Shown here: positions 10,523-19,623 of the stretch, in pieces
Layout: each line of letters begins with the position of its first letter
Position numbering within the stretch: position 1 is the first letter of the stretch
Origin: an uncultured delta proteobacterium
Lineage (GTDB): Bacteria > Desulfobacterota > RBG-13-43-22
NCBI GenBank assembly: GCA_963790475.1
Contig: CAWBOS010000010.1
Location: 1,408,001 to 1,472,000, forward strand
Length of the DNA: 64,000 bases
Direction of reading: 5' to 3'
Notes under the pieces: model-generated
What the model was told of the DNA's origin: nothing
What the model saw: only the letters and a program-made list of their open reading frames with translations
Databases searched by the model: none
Made by a program: the position numbers and the translations under genes

Positions 10523-10658
10523 TGATCAAATCGTAAAAAGCCTCTCTGGTCGTCACCCCGGCCAAAGCCGGGGTCCAGAAGCAGTTTAAATTCTCTGGAT
10601 TCCGGCTTTCCCCGGAATGACTGAAGAGGACAAATTTTGACTTTTTACAGGATCATCA
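10523..10658. mobile_element. MITE-like element: REP-like double hairpin flanked by GTAAAAAG/GACTTTTTAC inverted repeats
   Basis: GTCACCCCGGCCAAAGCCGGGGTCCAG...CTGGATTCCGGCTTTCCCCGGAATGAC core; same terminal motif as the elements at ~14.5 kb and ~26.2 kb. Confidence 0.7.
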
Positions 10659-10678
10659 TTTTTGAAAGGCTTTAAAAC

Positions 10679-11263
10679 ATGAAAAATATAGTAGCCGAAC
10701 TTCGTATCGCCTTGCTGGCGACATTATCCCTGACAGTGATTCTCTGTGGGTTTTATCCCCTGGTCGTCTGGGCTCTGTCCCAGGGATTTTTCCCGGATAA
10801 GGCCAATGGTTCTTTGGTCAAAGAAAATCAGATGATCAGGGGATCGAGACTTATTGCCCAGGGGTTTATCGACCCGAAATACTTTCATCCCCGTCCATCA
10901 GCCGCCGGGCAAGGTTATGACGGCCTCAGTTCCGGTGGCAGCAACCTCGGACCACTTTCCAAGAAACTGAACGGTAGCCTTAAAGAACGATTGAGCCAAT
11001 ATCGTACTGAAAATAAACTTTCTCGGGATGTTTTAATCCCGGCCGATGCTGTAACCGCTTCAGCCAGCGGCTTGGATCCTCACATCAGTTTGAAAAACGC
11101 CTTACTGCAGGCAAGCCGCGTGGCCGTGGCCCGGGGCGTGGGAGATAAAACCGTTTTGAAACAGATTGAGCATTACACCGAGGGCCGTGACCTGGGGATC
11201 TTCGGTGAACCGAGGGTCAATGTCCTGATGTTGAATCTGGCCCTTGATCGCCTGACTCAATAA
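10679..11263 (+). CDS. kdpC: K+-transporting ATPase subunit C
   Basis: YFHPRPSA, SGGSNLGP, SASGLDPHIS and PRVNVLMLNLALD motifs. Confidence 0.97.
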   Translation: MKNIVAELRIALLATLSLTVILCGFYPLVVWALSQGFFPDKANGSLVKENQMIRGSRLIAQGFIDPKYFHPRPSAAGQGYDGLSSGGSNLGPLSKKLNGSLKERLSQYRTENKLSRDVLIPADAVTASASGLDPHISLKNALLQASRVAVARGVGDKTVLKQIEHYTEGRDLGIFGEPRVNVLMLNLALDRLTQ

Positions 11264-11310
11264 ACGACATTGAACATGGCTAAAATAGCAATTAAAATAG
11301 GACAGAGCTA

Positions 11311-12561
11311 ATGACGAGCGACATATTAACACCCCGGACCGAAAGGCTTTTGGTGTGCCTGGGGCCAAGTGAATCTTCCGCCGGACTAATAAGCGCCGCC
11401 CGGAGAATGGCCGCCGATCTAAAGGCCCAATGGTTTGTCTTATTTGTCGACGCCCCCAAGATGCTGCTCTTGCCCGAAGAGGCGCGTAACCGGGTCCTTG
11501 ATAATCTGCGCTTGGCAGAGCGATTGGGGGCCAAGACCTTTACTTTGACCGGTGGCCATATCGCCGAAGAAATTATCAACTTTTCTCGACAACGGAAAAT
11601 CACCAAGATTGTCCTCGGAAAACCTGGAGGCAGCTTTTGGAAAAGACTCTTCTTAAAGAGTCCGGTGGATAAACTGGTCCGAATAAGCGGGGAGATAGAT
11701 GTGTACGTCCTTAGCGGGGAATCGGGGGAACAAAGAGGGACAATTTACACGATTCGACCCCCAAAAATCCCTTTGGCCGACTATGGAGCGGGCCTATTGA
11801 TTTTTATCTTGGCTACCCTGCTCTGTTTTTTAATGTTCCCTTACTTCCACCTCAGTAATCTCATTATGGTCTATTTACTGGGTGTGATGATAACGGCCGC
11901 TTCCTGCGGCAGAGGTCCAGCTATCCTTGGTTCTTTCTTAAGCGTTCTGGCCTTTGATTTCTTTTTTGTCCCCCCCCGTTTTTCAATCACCGTGGAAGAG
12001 GCCCAATACATCGTTACCTTCATTGTGATGTTCCTGGTGGCCTTGGTCATCAGTCACCTGGCTAACCGGTTGCGGCAACAGGCCCGTGTTGCCCAGTTAC
12101 AAGAGCGACAGGCCACCGCCATGCATGGTCTCAGTCGCCAACTCGCCGCCACCAGAGGAATGGAGAAAATTTTTCAGGTGGCTGTGCAATATATTTCTGA
12201 AATTTTTGATGCCCAATGTATGGCCATGGTGCCAAGCGGTCAAGGTAGGTTTAAGGTGATCGCCGGAGATCCTTCTTCCGTTATCCACCAGGATATTATC
12301 AAAGAAATTCAGATTGCTCACTCAGCTTTCAACACCGGACAGATGGCCGGATTGGGCACACAAACCTCTCAAACCAGCGAGAATCTCTATGTCCCGATTC
12401 GAGCGGGCGATTTCACATCAGGAATTTTGATCTTACGCCCCGCGGATCGGGACCGCTTCCGGCATCCGGAGCAATTGAACCTTTTGGAATCTCTGGTCAA
12501 GCAAGTCGCCCTTTCATTAGAGGTCGAGCACTTGACTGGAATGGAGGAATCCAAGGTCTAA
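11311..12561 (+). CDS. KdpD-like membrane module (Usp + four-TM DUF4118 + GAF) with no kinase domain
   Basis: ERLLVCLGPS Usp start, NLIMVYLLGV...AFDFFFVPPRFS membrane domain; ends after the GAF-like region without an H-box. Confidence 0.85.
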   Translation: MTSDILTPRTERLLVCLGPSESSAGLISAARRMAADLKAQWFVLFVDAPKMLLLPEEARNRVLDNLRLAERLGAKTFTLTGGHIAEEIINFSRQRKITKIVLGKPGGSFWKRLFLKSPVDKLVRISGEIDVYVLSGESGEQRGTIYTIRPPKIPLADYGAGLLIFILATLLCFLMFPYFHLSNLIMVYLLGVMITAASCGRGPAILGSFLSVLAFDFFFVPPRFSITVEEAQYIVTFIVMFLVALVISHLANRLRQQARVAQLQERQATAMHGLSRQLAATRGMEKIFQVAVQYISEIFDAQCMAMVPSGQGRFKVIAGDPSSVIHQDIIKEIQIAHSAFNTGQMAGLGTQTSQTSENLYVPIRAGDFTSGILILRPADRDRFRHPEQLNLLESLVKQVALSLEVEHLTGMEESKV

Positions 12562-12600
12562 TAAACAGGAGAGGAAAACTCAAATCTCAAAGGGAGAAGC

Positions 12601-12637
12601 TTAGACTTTGAACTTTGAACGTTGAACGTTGAACGTT
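12601..12637. repeat. Heptamer tandem repeat TTGAAC(G/T)
   Basis: ttagactttgaactttgaacgttgaacgttgaacgtt. Confidence 0.7.
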
Positions 12638-12654
12638 ATTTTTGTGTTAAACTT

Positions 12655-14331
12655 ATGAGTGACGACAGAGCCAATGCTTTTCTGAGAATGATCCGTCAAT
12701 CCCAGCGCGGACGGCTGAAGGTTTATCTCGGCTACTGCCCGGGAGTCGGGAAAACTTATCAGATGTTACAGGAAGGTCACCGGCTTAAAAACGATGGGAT
12801 CGATGTCGTTATCGGGCTGGTTGAAACCCACGGCCGGGCCGATATCGCCAAACTGGCGGAAGGACTGGAGGTCGTACCCCGGCGTCGGCAGGAATACCGA
12901 GGCGTTCCCGTGGAAGAGATGGATGTAGAGTCCGTCCTGGCCCGCAAACCCCAGGTAGCCCTTATCGACGAACTGGCCCATACCAATGTTCCCGGGAGTT
13001 CCAACCCGAAACGCTATCAGGACGTTCAGGACATACTGGCCGCCGGAATCCACGTCATCACCACCTTGAACATCCAACACCTGGAAAGTTTATATAACAT
13101 GGTGGAAAAGGCCGTGGGGGTTAAGGTCCGGGAGCGTCTTCCCGATTCTGTTTTGAGCGAAGCGGACCAGATCGTCGACGTGGATTTGTCCACCGAGGAT
13201 TTACAAAAACGCCTGGAAGAAGGAAAGATCTATCCCCGGGAGCGTATACAGACCGCTCTGAGCAATTTTTTCAGGACATCAAATCTGGAAAAGCTCCGGG
13301 AACTGACCCTTCGAGAACTTGCCTCTCAGATTGATTTCCGAAGACGGGAAACGGAGGAAGAAGAAAACGACCCAACCCAGGATCAGGTGATGGTCTGCCT
13401 GAGCTCGCGAGGTCCCAATAGCGACAAGTTACTGCGTTATGCTTCGCGTTTGGCCGGTAAACTGAACCTAAACTGGTACGCCGTATATGTTCAAACCCCC
13501 TCCGAGGAGGCCACAGTCATCGATGCCCGCACCCAGCGTCTCCTCTCCGATGCTTTGACCTTGGCCAAGCAATTAGGGGCCCTGGTCTTTACCTATAAAG
13601 GAGAAGACATTGTAGATACCATCCTCAGGTTTGCCAAGGAATACCGGGTTGGGCACATTGTGATCGGGAGACCGGGACCTAAATCTTTCTTAAAAAAATT
13701 CGGAAAGAACAAGAATATTGTCGGGAATCTCATAAAAAATGCCCGGGGGATCACCGTGATTGTTTTGGATACCCGGGAAGCGGAACCCCCATTGACCTTG
13801 GATCTCAAGGATGTTCCGGAAAAGTCACCGCTCTCCTCAACGCCTTCTGAAATCAATCCTCCTCCTCAAGAATCGCTGATGTTGCATCAACTTCTCGACT
13901 CTCAAACTATTCTCCTCTGGGACCAGCCGATTCCCAAAGAGGTGATTCTTCGAAAACTGGTGGAAGTCGCCGCCAAACATAAGGAGATCGGCGATCCGGA
14001 GAATATATTAAAAGAGGTATTGAAGCGGGAAGAACAAGGGTCGACCTTTTTTAATGAAGGTGCGGCCTTCCCTCATGCCAGGATTACCGGCCTCTCTTCC
14101 CCGATTGTCGCCATGGGGTTACCCAGACAAGGGGTTGAAGATATCACTACGGAAAAACCTATCGAAATCATCTTCCTGATCCTCTCCCCGTTCCATTCTC
14201 CTGATATTCAAGTCAAGGTTTTAGGACTAGCCGCTCGTGCCGCTCAAAACAGACAACTTCTGCAAACTCTCCGGTCCGCTCAAACTCCCGAAGAAGTGTT
14301 GGCCGCTATTCGCCGTTGGGAAACTCAATAA
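12655..14331 (+). CDS. KdpD N-terminal domain + Usp + PTS EIIA (Ntr/Fru-type) fusion protein
   Basis: RGRLKVYLGYCPGVGKT Walker A, DELAHTN and TTLNIQHLESL KdpD motifs, Usp (VMVCLSS), then REEQGSTFFNEGAAFPHAR EIIA signature with the phospho-accepting His. Confidence 0.88.
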   Translation: MSDDRANAFLRMIRQSQRGRLKVYLGYCPGVGKTYQMLQEGHRLKNDGIDVVIGLVETHGRADIAKLAEGLEVVPRRRQEYRGVPVEEMDVESVLARKPQVALIDELAHTNVPGSSNPKRYQDVQDILAAGIHVITTLNIQHLESLYNMVEKAVGVKVRERLPDSVLSEADQIVDVDLSTEDLQKRLEEGKIYPRERIQTALSNFFRTSNLEKLRELTLRELASQIDFRRRETEEEENDPTQDQVMVCLSSRGPNSDKLLRYASRLAGKLNLNWYAVYVQTPSEEATVIDARTQRLLSDALTLAKQLGALVFTYKGEDIVDTILRFAKEYRVGHIVIGRPGPKSFLKKFGKNKNIVGNLIKNARGITVIVLDTREAEPPLTLDLKDVPEKSPLSSTPSEINPPPQESLMLHQLLDSQTILLWDQPIPKEVILRKLVEVAAKHKEIGDPENILKEVLKREEQGSTFFNEGAAFPHARITGLSSPIVAMGLPRQGVEDITTEKPIEIIFLILSPFHSPDIQVKVLGLAARAAQNRQLLQTLRSAQTPEEVLAAIRRWETQ

Positions 14332-14517
14332 GTACCTGATGATATTACCGGCCTATTTCTGATTCATTTTATTTCAACCTTCTGGAAAAAAAGACGAATC
14401 CTGGCCCTCTGATAAAATGGACACAAAGCACCATACAAAAAATACTGGAATATTATTATACAAATATAGCCTTTGCTGTATTGATTATTTAATCTAATTT
14501 TGTTAGTAGGATATATT

Positions 14518-14696
14518 TATAATATCGTAAAAAGCTTTTTGAACCGGTCCGCGGGTGAACCCTGAATTAGGTCAGAGACAGGCGTCAGGGTGAAATATCA
14601 TCCCAATTAAAACTGGGAACCAGTTTTGCAATATGGATTGCTATTTATCGGAATGACCAAAATAGATTTTCGTTGACTTTTTACGGGATCATTATA
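14518..14696. mobile_element. MITE-like element of the CGTAAAAAG...GACTTTTTACG family
   Basis: Terminal inverted repeats match the elements at 10523 and 26199. Confidence 0.6.
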
Positions 14697-14841
14697 GATA
14701 ATATATAAAAAGAAATTAAAGCTTAGGAGGTAATCATAATAAACCTATAAAATAAAGTTGATAAAAAAAATGCCAAAGTCGAGAAAAAGTCCATAAAATT
14801 AAGACAGTTAAGATCCAGGCTTTGATCAAAAGGAGGGCAAG

Positions 14842-16201
14842 ATGAAAAGGCTATTTTTGGGAAGCACCTTTTTGGCGGTTTTTTTTGTTTCACTTTTTGC
14901 CTAAAGATGCGGCGGCCATTCCGGCTTTCGCCCGGAAATATAATACCACCTGTATGACCTGCCATGCCCCGTTTCCGAAATTATCGGCTTTGGGCGAGGC
15001 CTTCAGATTGAACGGCTATAAACTCCCTGATGGGGATGAACTCTACGTCAAGGATCAGCCAGTCAGTATGGGGGCGGAACCTTACAAGAAGGTATTCCCC
15101 CAGTCAATCTGGCCTTCGAATATCCCCGGTATGGCACCCCTTTCTATTCGGGCCACTGGAGGAGTTAATGTAGATACCGGAGGAACCGCCACCAATCATA
15201 CCGACTTCAACTTTCCGGGAGAGATCGATTTGCTGGCGGCAGGCGCTCTGGGAAAGGACTTCTCTTTTTTTGTGAATCTTGCTTTTACCACTGAATCAGG
15301 GACTACCAGCACCAACGGTACTGCCTGGTTGATGTGGCAGGACCTTTTTTCCGGAATCCTCGGTAAAAACCACCTGAACATCAAGGCCGGCACCGTAGGC
15401 CGGCAATCAATCGCCCTACCTAATTCCCGGAGTGAAAATAATTTCAGCATAGACGGCTATCTGTACCAGGATGCGCTCAACCTGGCTCCGCAACCCGGCT
15501 TTCAGGTGAACGGATTCGGCAGTCGTTGGCGCTATTATGCCGGCATTGTCCAGGCCAATTCGGACAGCAGCTATAAAGACTACTATGGCGGCCTGGCTTT
15601 CAAAATCGGCGGGATGGGCTTTGACGGCTCGGGGATGAAATCTGAAGAGGGAGGGCTCACCACCTCGCCCTCCGGTTTTTGGCGGGACGACTCCATACTC
15701 TTCGGCCTTTTCGGCTATCGGGGCTACACCGGGGCTGATGCCGACAGGGCCGATCGTTATGGGGGAGATATCCGGGTCAATTATAAAGACTTTTCCCTGG
15801 GCGGAGGATATATAAGGCAACAGGCCGATGTTACTGAGACAACGCCGACAGATACAACGGCGACGAATGCAGCGAAAAGATTCTTTAGCTTAGTAAAAAG
15901 TATTTCACTTTTGGAGGAAACAACTACGACAAGCACGACAAAAAATCTCTGGTTTGTCGAGGGGCATTATTTCGTTTTTCCCTGGTTGATCCCTTATGCC
16001 CGATATGAAGTTCTTACGGTCGACGACACCAACGATCAAGACCAATCCCGGATTCTTGTAGGGTTGGCCTTTTTATTACGGGCCAACATCAGACTTAATG
16101 TGGAAGGTCGGTTCTACACCGTCAACAAGCCCCGTGAGGCAGCGGGAGGACAAACCCATGATGACGATAGGGTCGCCTTCTTGCTTGATTATTCCTTTTA
16201 A
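14842..16201 (+). CDS. Cyc2-like fused monoheme cytochrome c/porin; frameshift in a T8 run (14879-14886) within the signal-peptide region
   Basis: AIPAFARKY-NTT-CMTCH-APF-PKL matches the Cyc2 N-terminal signature (AxPxFAR[QK][TY], CxxCH, PxL), followed by beta strands and a C-terminal Phe. AGGAGG-ATG at 14842 joins the main frame only if one T is removed. Confidence 0.8.
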
Positions 16202-16291
16202 AATGTCCAAGACTTAACTTCGTGAGGAGAAGAATCGGATCACTATCTAATTTTTTGAAAAACTGAATCATTAAAGTGAAGGAGCAGGACT

Positions 16292-16939
16292 ATGGTTTCC
16301 AGAAAAGTGGTGTCAAAGCGGTCGTCTGTTTGTTTCTTCGTCCTGGCGTTTCTTTTATCAATCTTATCCTTTCAGGTTCAAGAGACCAGAGGCCAGCAAC
16401 CAGGGGGGATTATTAAAGGGGTGGTCAATACCCCCTGGGTGAAACGTTACCCAGCCCTGGTATATGTGGATCAGGTCAAGGGTGAGTTCCCTCCTCCCAA
16501 AAAGAATCCCTTCATGGGTCAGAAGGGCATGGTTTTTACCCCCCATATTCTACCCGTTCTTAAAGGGTCTACTGTCGATTTCACCAATGACGATACAGTA
16601 GCCCACAATGTCTTTTCACCTCCCGGTGCGGCAACACGCTTTAACTTGGGGCTGTACGGTTCTGGCGTTAAAAAAACCGTCACCTTTGATAATCTCGGCG
16701 AAGTCCCTCTCCTATGCAATGTCCATCCGGAAATGCTGGGTTATATAATCGTTTTGCAAAACCCCTACTTCGCCTTAACCGACAATTCGGGGAAATACGA
16801 GATCAAAAACGTTCCCCCGGGGACTCACAAGCTCAAAGTGTGGCATGAGAAACTGCAAGAGACCTTCAAAGAAGTGATCGTGGGGGAAGGGAAGACCGTT
16901 TCTGTCGATTTTGAAAAAGATAAGTTAAAGCAAAAATAA
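16292..16939 (+). CDS. Periplasmic cupredoxin (type-1 Cu) plus beta-sandwich domain
   Basis: Signal peptide; HNVFS...CNVHPEM supplies the His, Cys, His and Met ligands; VPPGTHKLKVWHE resembles a carboxypeptidase-regulatory-like domain. Confidence 0.8.
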   Translation: MVSRKVVSKRSSVCFFVLAFLLSILSFQVQETRGQQPGGIIKGVVNTPWVKRYPALVYVDQVKGEFPPPKKNPFMGQKGMVFTPHILPVLKGSTVDFTNDDTVAHNVFSPPGAATRFNLGLYGSGVKKTVTFDNLGEVPLLCNVHPEMLGYIIVLQNPYFALTDNSGKYEIKNVPPGTHKLKVWHEKLQETFKEVIVGEGKTVSVDFEKDKLKQK

Positions 16940-16950
16940 GGCGAGGTATC

Positions 16951-17781
16951 ATGATATTGAGGGCGATCCTCTGGAGGAAGACCTTGCAGCTCATCGGTCA
17001 AATGGGTCTGGTTGTCATGATGGGTTGGTTTCCGTCCTTCTGCTTGGCCGATGAGATATTATTTAAGGATAAAGGGGTTCAAGTGGGTACCGTTATGGGT
17101 GAAGACGAAAAGACGGTGACTATCCGCTTTCCCAGGGATTCGATTCAGTCGATTGTCAAAATGCAGAAAGGGGCACCTTTTGTTCAGAAATCGGACCCTC
17201 AACTATTAGAGAAAGTCGAGCAGCTTCAACAAAGAATCGAACGTCTGGAGAGAAACCAGTCGGAATCCAAGGAGACCGCACATTCTCCGATCCTGCTTCC
17301 GCGCCCCCAATTAAAACAGGAAGAACGCCAGGAGATTAGTCGTTCATCCCCCCCTTCCCCCGAACCGGCCCCAAAAGGGGCTATCCAAGAACAACTCTTA
17401 CAAGAAGAATTGGGTCGAGTACAGGGTCTTATTCAATGGCAAGGGAAGCCCCTGGCTGGCGGGCAGGTGAGGATCGAACTTGAAAAATATACGGGTGTTT
17501 CCCTGGTCTCCGTAAAAAAGATGTTTTCAGGCAGCGGGAAAGGAACCTCTGACACGGGTCAAGGGATTTCGTTGACCACCCAAACAGATTCTCAAGGACG
17601 TTATAGTTATGAAAAAGTTCCCCCCGGAACATACCGTATTTACTGGTGGCCTGATTTTAAGACTGGTTGGGTTCATCGGCTTCGCGAAAAACCCGACTTT
17701 GAGGTCCTCTCCGGGAAGCTGACGATCCTTAACATTCCGGAAAAGCCGGCGACGGTGAAAACTTCTGAGAGGAAACCCTGA
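16951..17781 (+). CDS. Exported hypothetical protein (coiled coil + beta-sandwich domain)
   Basis: GAGGT RBS, N-terminal signal, TDSQGRYSYEKVPPGTYRI motif; operonic position. Confidence 0.7.
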   Translation: MILRAILWRKTLQLIGQMGLVVMMGWFPSFCLADEILFKDKGVQVGTVMGEDEKTVTIRFPRDSIQSIVKMQKGAPFVQKSDPQLLEKVEQLQQRIERLERNQSESKETAHSPILLPRPQLKQEERQEISRSSPPSPEPAPKGAIQEQLLQEELGRVQGLIQWQGKPLAGGQVRIELEKYTGVSLVSVKKMFSGSGKGTSDTGQGISLTTQTDSQGRYSYEKVPPGTYRIYWWPDFKTGWVHRLREKPDFEVLSGKLTILNIPEKPATVKTSERKP

Positions 17782-17784
17782 AAG

Positions 17785-17907
17785 ATGAATGACCAGGAAG
17801 AGTATAATCCCCTCAAGGAAATGCTGATTGTTATCATCGGCGGGGGCGCTCTCGGAGTGTTCCTGCTGGTCCTGGCCGAAATCCTGGTGGCCCTGATCAA
17901 GAGATAG
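17785..17907 (+). CDS. 40-aa single-TM peptide (MNDQEEYNPLKEMLIVIIGGGALGVFLLVLAEILVALIKR)
   Basis: Starts 3 bp after the preceding stop with a GAGGA RBS-like sequence; hydrophobic helix; lies just before the Rieske gene. Confidence 0.55.
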   Translation: MNDQEEYNPLKEMLIVIIGGGALGVFLLVLAEILVALIKR

Positions 17908-17950
17908 CCCCATCACCTCGAAACATCCTGCTGATGGGAGAGGAAAAGTT

Positions 17951-18409
17951 ATGACCAAACGGCAATACACCAGACGGGAAATTTTGAATCGTATCGGTTG
18001 GGTGGCCACGTTAGGGACCTTTGGAGGCCTGGCGGCCGGCTCGGTTCGCTATGTAATTCCCAACGTCCTCTACGAGCCTCCCCTGACCTTCAAAATCGGC
18101 CGGCCCCAGGACTACCCCGAAGGAGTGGATTATCTTGACAACAAAAGGATCTTCGTTATCCGCCAGGAAAATCGCATTAAGGTCGTCTCGGCCGTCTGCA
18201 CCCATCTAGGATGTTCCGTCCAATGGGCGCAGGAGCGCAATCGCTTTGAGTGTCCTTGTCACGGCAGTATGTTCAATGCCCGGGGGGAGGTAACCGCCGG
18301 TCCGGCCCAAAACCCCCTTCTCTGGTATGAAGTCACCCTAATAGCGGATGGCAGGCTCTTGGTGGATGAAAGTCGGCCGGTTTCCTATGAACGAACCCTT
18401 TCGGTCTAA
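17951..18409 (+). CDS. Rieske 2Fe-2S subunit of a Rieske/cytochrome b complex
   Basis: Tat-like TRREIL plus TM anchor; CTHLGC and CPCHGS boxes. Confidence 0.95.
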   Translation: MTKRQYTRREILNRIGWVATLGTFGGLAAGSVRYVIPNVLYEPPLTFKIGRPQDYPEGVDYLDNKRIFVIRQENRIKVVSAVCTHLGCSVQWAQERNRFECPCHGSMFNARGEVTAGPAQNPLLWYEVTLIADGRLLVDESRPVSYERTLSV

Positions 18410-18449
18410 GGATGAGATCATGAACCCATCTATTAGGAGAACTCGCCCC

Positions 18450-19589
18450 ATGAAAGCAGAAGTAAGCGATCTCCTCTTCCAAAATCGTTTTTGGAAATCC
18501 GTCGTCAGAAAAGAGATCCCGGTTAATCAATGGCTGAGGACCAAGATCCTTGGCCTGGGCCTGATCAACTTTTATCTTTTTATCATCCTGACGATAACCG
18601 GGATCCTGTTGATGTTCTATTACACCCCGGATACGGAGAGGGCCTACCAGGGAATTAAAGACCTGGAATATGTGGTCAGCTTCGGCCTGATCTTCCGCAA
18701 TATGCACCGCTACGCCGCTTATTTGATGATTCTATCGGTCTTTCTGCACATGAGCCGTGTCTTTTATACGGCCGAATATCGGGAACCCAGGGAATTCAAT
18801 TGGGTGACCGGCCTGGTCCTCTTCCTCTGCACCATGGTTATGGCCATAACCGGTTATATTCTGCCCTGGGACCAAAAAGGTTACTGGGCCATGACCATTA
18901 CCTCCAATGTGGTTACCTCGGCCCCGGTTATTGGAGAAAAGCTGAAGTATCTGATTCTGGGTGGAAACGAAGTCGGTCAAAACGCTCTGGTCCATGCCTA
19001 CGGCATGCATGTTAAAATCATCCCCCTGGTTATCGGATTGGTCATGGGGATCCATTTCTGGCGGATTCGGAAGGATGATTTCTTGGCCTGGGCCATCTGG
19101 GGCGGACACTTGGATTTTCAAGAAGGCGCGACTCCACAAGAGACTCAAGGACCGGGGCAGGAACCTTCCCTTTGGCAGGATATCATCGTCAGGGAGCTCA
19201 GCAAATTTCTTTTGGTCCTGGCCCTGGTTATGGTGTTTTCACTCCTGTTTAATGCCCCTTTGGAGGAAGGGGCCAACCCTTCGGTAACACCCAGTCCGGT
19301 CAAAGCCCCCTGGTTTCTGGTGGGCATGCAGGAACTCTTGTCCTGGGGGGCCCCTTTCTTTTTCGGAGTCCTGGTTCCCAACCTCATGATCATTCTGATC
19401 ATCCTGATCCCCTATGTGGATCGGGGCCGTGAAGGGATCGGGGTCTGGTTTCACCCCAGCCGCCGAATTCCCAATATCATTTTCACCGCGGTGGTTACAA
19501 TTTATTTGGGCCTGGTTGTAATCGGGCAGTTTTTGCGGGGGCCGGGCTGGGTCTTTTACTGGCCGTGGCAGTCGTGGCCCGGTCATTAA
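18450..19589 (+). CDS. Cytochrome b (b6-like N domain fused to a subunit IV-like domain)
   Basis: RNMHRY..FLHM, TGYILPWDQ and GMHV...GIHFWRIRKD heme-ligand motifs; KAPWF in place of PEWY; AGGAGA RBS before 18450 (alternative ATG at 18420). Confidence 0.92.
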   Translation: MKAEVSDLLFQNRFWKSVVRKEIPVNQWLRTKILGLGLINFYLFIILTITGILLMFYYTPDTERAYQGIKDLEYVVSFGLIFRNMHRYAAYLMILSVFLHMSRVFYTAEYREPREFNWVTGLVLFLCTMVMAITGYILPWDQKGYWAMTITSNVVTSAPVIGEKLKYLILGGNEVGQNALVHAYGMHVKIIPLVIGLVMGIHFWRIRKDDFLAWAIWGGHLDFQEGATPQETQGPGQEPSLWQDIIVRELSKFLLVLALVMVFSLLFNAPLEEGANPSVTPSPVKAPWFLVGMQELLSWGAPFFFGVLVPNLMIILIILIPYVDRGREGIGVWFHPSRRIPNIIFTAVVTIYLGLVVIGQFLRGPGWVFYWPWQSWPGH

Positions 19590-19623
19590 ATTTTTAACGC
19601 CCTGAAAAAGGGATTCGATTGAG

